A stretch of 64,000 nt of DNA, taken from Candidatus Hermodarchaeota archaeon. Its GTDB lineage: Archaea > Asgardarchaeota > Lokiarchaeia > Sigyniarchaeales > SOKP01. Position numbers and translations under genes: made by a program. Numbering within the stretch: position 1 is the stretch's first letter; the number at the start of each line of letters is the position of its first letter. Below the pieces are notes generated by a model that was not told where the DNA came from, searched no databases, and saw nothing but the letters and a program-made list of their open reading frames with translations. This document shows, piece after piece, positions 61,001 through 64,000 of this stretch. The stretch is taken from assembly GCA_048885925.1 (NCBI GenBank), contig JBHLLG010000012.1, positions 1-64,000 of the forward strand. Direction: 5' to 3'.

Positions 61001-62627
61001 TTATAATTTAGAACCACATTTATTACAAAATGCATAGTCGGATGACAAAATAGCACCACATTGTCTGCAGATTATTATTTCTTTTCCATCACGTTTTTGA
61101 GTGTCTGATTTAATTGAAGATTTTGATTGAGTTCTGAGAACTTGACTAGGCTGACTTTCGAGATCTGAAACATTGGGAATAATTCGAAGTTTACTAACCC
61201 CTTCCGGTTCTATTTCTTTTTTAGCTGTAAATGGCATAAAAGCAGTAACAGCACTTTTTTCTGCATCATCTGATTTTTGAGTTAAAGTTTGAAAAAGAGA
61301 AGCAGTACTTGTTTTTTCAACAATCGGTGTAGGTGGTGTAGGAGTTAATTGTTTTTCTTTTTCTACTTTTTCCTTTTTAGTTTTTTCTTTCTTATCTTTT
61401 TTAGACTTTTTCATTTCTTGTAATAATCTTTCTTGTTTTTCCTTTTCTTCTTGAAGTTTTTTCTCCTTTTCTTCCTTCTTTTTCTGTTTATCAAGCTTCT
61501 TTTTTTCCTTTTTAGAATAGATTGGCTCAGGCAAATAATCTGCTAAGGAATCTGATTTAGGCTCAGACGAATCTTTTGGTATAATAAATGGAACATTAGA
61601 TGATGGTAAACTCTGAACAGAGGGAGTTCCTCGAGAAGACTGAAATCCTTCTGGTGTTGGAGCAGGAATGGGAACATTTGATGTAAAAGGGACGGCCTTC
61701 GGTTTATATTTATCATCTTTAGGGTAAATTGGAGTTTCTTGTGAAGGTGTCTCACTAGCTAAGATTTCTTCTGGTGTTTTAAATGTAAATGAAGCGGGTG
61801 TTTTTGTTATTTCTTCTAATTGTGCATCAGGGAGGGGTATATCTGGTTCAGGTACTGGCGGTGCCTCGAACTCAAACTCCGGTTCTGGTTCAAATGTAGA
61901 TGGTGATTCATGGAATTGAGTAGGAGCTGGTTCCGGTACAGGAGGGGCTGCATATTCAAATTCTGGCTCTGATAGACTGATAGAGGGGGTAAATACTTCG
62001 GTTCCTGTTATAGGAATCATACCTGGGCTGAAAACTATTCCTTTAGTAATAAGTTGATCCGGAACTCCTGAACCTATCATTAGACATGCAAGGATATAAA
62101 AACAATCGCCTACTCCTTCACCTGTTTTAGCTGAAGTTTCCATATAATACAGATTAAAATTTCTTGTAAAGTGATTAATTTCATCTAAGGATACAGCCCT
62201 TTGACCAACTAAATCACTTTTATTACCAACTAATAATAATGGTATTTCACTTTTTACATTTGCTCTCACTTCTTCTATCCATTGTGGTAAATGGTCAAAA
62301 CTATCAGAATTAGTAAGATCAAAGATTAATAACGCACCTAATGAACCTCTATAATACATAGGTCGGATAGAGCTAAAACGTTCTTGTCCTCCAGTATCCC
62401 ATATTTGAAGCTTTGCACGTATAGGTCCTTCATCAGAGTCGATGGCGATGGTTTTAACATGAAAGTGTGTGCGTCTAGGGGGAATTCCACTTAGACACTA
62501 CACCTATCGTCATCTTATAGTCCTCTGTGAAAAATCCTTTACTAAAACGCAGCGTTAATGCAGTTTTACCTACTCCTCCATCTCCTACAACTATCGATTT
62601 AAAGAGGTAATCATATTCTTCAGCCAT
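61001..62627 (-). CDS. Rab-like GTPase with Pro-rich/charged tail and C-terminal zinc ribbon; two exons (62627-62498, 62466-61001), 531 aa spliced
   Basis: Exon 1 MAEEYDYLFKSIVVGDGGVGKT...DYKMTIGV joins via a split GAC codon to FHVKT...KLQIWDTGGQERFSSIRPMYYRGS, in frame with track ORF 61001-62359 (NKSD, ETSAK). Confidence 0.92.
62467..62497 (-). other. 31-nt bulge-helix-bulge intron in the Rab-like GTPase mRNA
   Basis: RNA 5'-GAUAG GUGU AG|U GUCUA-(14 nt)-UAGAC GCAC AC|A CUUUC-3': 4-bp helix, two 3-nt bulges, 5-bp intron helix; cleavage after bulge nt 2 restores GUA GAC UUU. Confidence 0.88.
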
Positions 62628-62900
62628 TGCTAGTCCACTATTAATGTTTCAATTTCTTATATTTTTCAAGCTTTTATGTATTATTACTATAAATACAAAT
62701 TTATAATTTTATTTATATCATTAAAACGATTTTCTTGTGAATTTACTAAGATATAGTTAAGATATAAAGAGAATCCTCTCTTTAAACTCTTTAGAGTAAT
62801 GAATTTTTTCAAAAATAATGTAAACTGTTAAGGCAAAAAGCCTAATTCTAACCTTATCTTGAGATGATTTATTAAAAAAATGGGTAATTTAACTAAATAA

Positions 62901-63794
62901 TTACTGACTCTGAATCAGTTTATGAGCTTCTTCACATATATCAATCTTTTCCATCCATAGATTAATTTTATTTAAATCTTGTAGTGGGAATTCATATGAA
63001 TGTTCTCGATCTGGGTAGATCCCATTTATGACTTCATCTTTATATTTATTTATAGCTAGAAGAATATCTTGGCCAATATTTCCAAAATATTTAAGAAATT
63101 TGGGCTTAATATCGGTAAAAATGCCCAACATATCATGAATAACTAATATTTGGCCATCACAGTAAGGTCCCGCGCCAATACCAATAGTTGGAATATCAAT
63201 ACTACTTGTAATTAATTTAGCAATTTGCCAAGGAATACTTTCTAATACTATTGAAAAAACTCCGCATTCTTCTAAATTTTTTGCATCTAGTATTAATTTT
63301 TTCGCTGCCTCGATGGTCTTCCCTTGAACTAGGAAACCTCCAAACTCATAGATGGCTTGTGGAGTAAGACCAATATGTCCCATTACCTGTATATCTGCGT
63401 TGATCATTGCGTTGATTATTGGACAAATTTCTGTTCCTCCCTCAACTTTGACTGCTTCAGCCCCACCTTCTTGGATAAATCTTCCAGCATTTTTGATAGC
63501 CTCATTTTTATCTATTTTATACGAAAGAAATGGCATATCTCCTACTATTAAGGCATTTGATACTCCTCGACTAACTGCCTTAGTATGGTGTATCATCTCA
63601 TCCATAGTTACTGATAAGGTATTTTTATATCCAAGAATAACCATTGAAAGTGAGTCACCTACAAGAATTAAGTCAATATTGCTTTGATCTACTAATTTTG
63701 CGAAAGAGTAATCATAGGAAGTTATTGTAACAATTTTTTCGCCTTTTTTCTTCTTTTCTATTATATCTTTTATAGTTACTTTTTGTAAAGCCAT
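62901..63794 (-). CDS. panB: 3-methyl-2-oxobutanoate hydroxymethyltransferase
   Basis: ITSYD, ILVGDSL, GDMPF, VKVEGG, MGHIGLTPQ, IGIGAG..CDGQILV.HD. Confidence 0.97.
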   Translation of the reverse strand: MALQKVTIKDIIEKKKKGEKIVTITSYDYSFAKLVDQSNIDLILVGDSLSMVILGYKNTLSVTMDEMIHHTKAVSRGVSNALIVGDMPFLSYKIDKNEAIKNAGRFIQEGGAEAVKVEGGTEICPIINAMINADIQVMGHIGLTPQAIYEFGGFLVQGKTIEAAKKLILDAKNLEECGVFSIVLESIPWQIAKLITSSIDIPTIGIGAGPYCDGQILVIHDMLGIFTDIKPKFLKYFGNIGQDILLAINKYKDEVINGIYPDREHSYEFPLQDLNKINLWMEKIDICEEAHKLIQSQ

Positions 63795-64000
63795 ATATTC
63801 AAATAACTAATTAGTTTTGAAAAATTTTATCAAAATATGATAGATTCTTTTTCAATATAAATCAAAGAATTTCTTATAAATAGCGAGTTCTTATCTTGAA
63901 ATTTCAATTAAAATACTTAAAAAGAGGTAAATTATTCTAATAGGAATTTGTTATGATATTCATTTTTTATTAATAAGACTTTTAAACGGAAGCTTCATAT

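Noticed and set aside
61001-61012. C-terminal SKL as a peroxisomal targeting signal
   Set aside because: It is the ordinary end of a CxxCGxKL zinc ribbon in an archaeon; coincidental.
61001-62359. Track ORF of 452 aa as the complete gene, or as a truncated pseudogene
   Set aside because: It starts at an internal Met after G3. The intact upstream exon and uninterrupted exon 2 argue for a spliced functional gene.
62467-62497. Spliceosomal GT-AG intron, pyrrolysine readthrough or mobile-element footprint as the explanation of the Rab insert
   Set aside because: The frame-restoring boundaries are UG...AC, not GU...AG. Readthrough of the UAG hits TAA seven codons later in the wrong frame. No target-site duplication is visible. 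The BHB model predicts the junction exactly.
24-63687. Many short 60-130 aa track ORFs overlapping longer genes (for example 24-311, 2342-2587, 6939-7241, 55395-55793, 63352-63687)
   Set aside because: Antisense or alternate-frame shadows of well-supported genes, with no recognisable motifs.
1-64000. CRISPR arrays, IS elements, integrases, rRNA
   Set aside because: No spaced direct repeats, transposase or integrase motifs, or long GC-rich structural RNA regions were seen.

Overview
AT-rich (roughly 25-30% GC by eye) archaeal chromosome segment, almost certainly from an Asgard archaeon (Lokiarchaeia-like). Evidence: unsplit Rpo2, PolD, Cdc6, CarS, Elf1 and SmAP3, plus many eukaryotic-signature proteins (Rab-like GTPases, roadblock and longin domains, LITAF-like, OST5-like, BAR-like, polyproline and WH2-like proteins). 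Most of the window is core machinery: PolD DP1/DP2, Cdc6, Rpo5/Rpo2, TFE, MBF1, PAN, NAC, pelota, Cbf5, RtcB with archease, NrdD, Mat, PanB and MfnA. The standout is a Rab-like GTPase gene (62627->61001, minus strand) interrupted in its switch-I TIGVDF motif by a 31-nt insertion (62467-62497). The insertion folds into a textbook bulge-helix-bulge (BHB), and cleavage at the canonical BHB positions restores the frame and the motif exactly. This points to a tRNA-endonuclease/RtcB-spliced, frame-restoring mRNA intron in a eukaryotic-signature gene. All three tRNA genes (Leu-GAG, Thr-CGT, Lys-TTT) carry introns at non-canonical positions. Other notable items: an unannotated 50-aa WH2/actobindin-like microprotein, a BAR-like plus polyproline gene pair, and an 8-gene operon with an AAA ATPase, a degenerate SMC-like protein and a kite-like protein. 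All family assignments come from motif recognition by eye; no searches were run.
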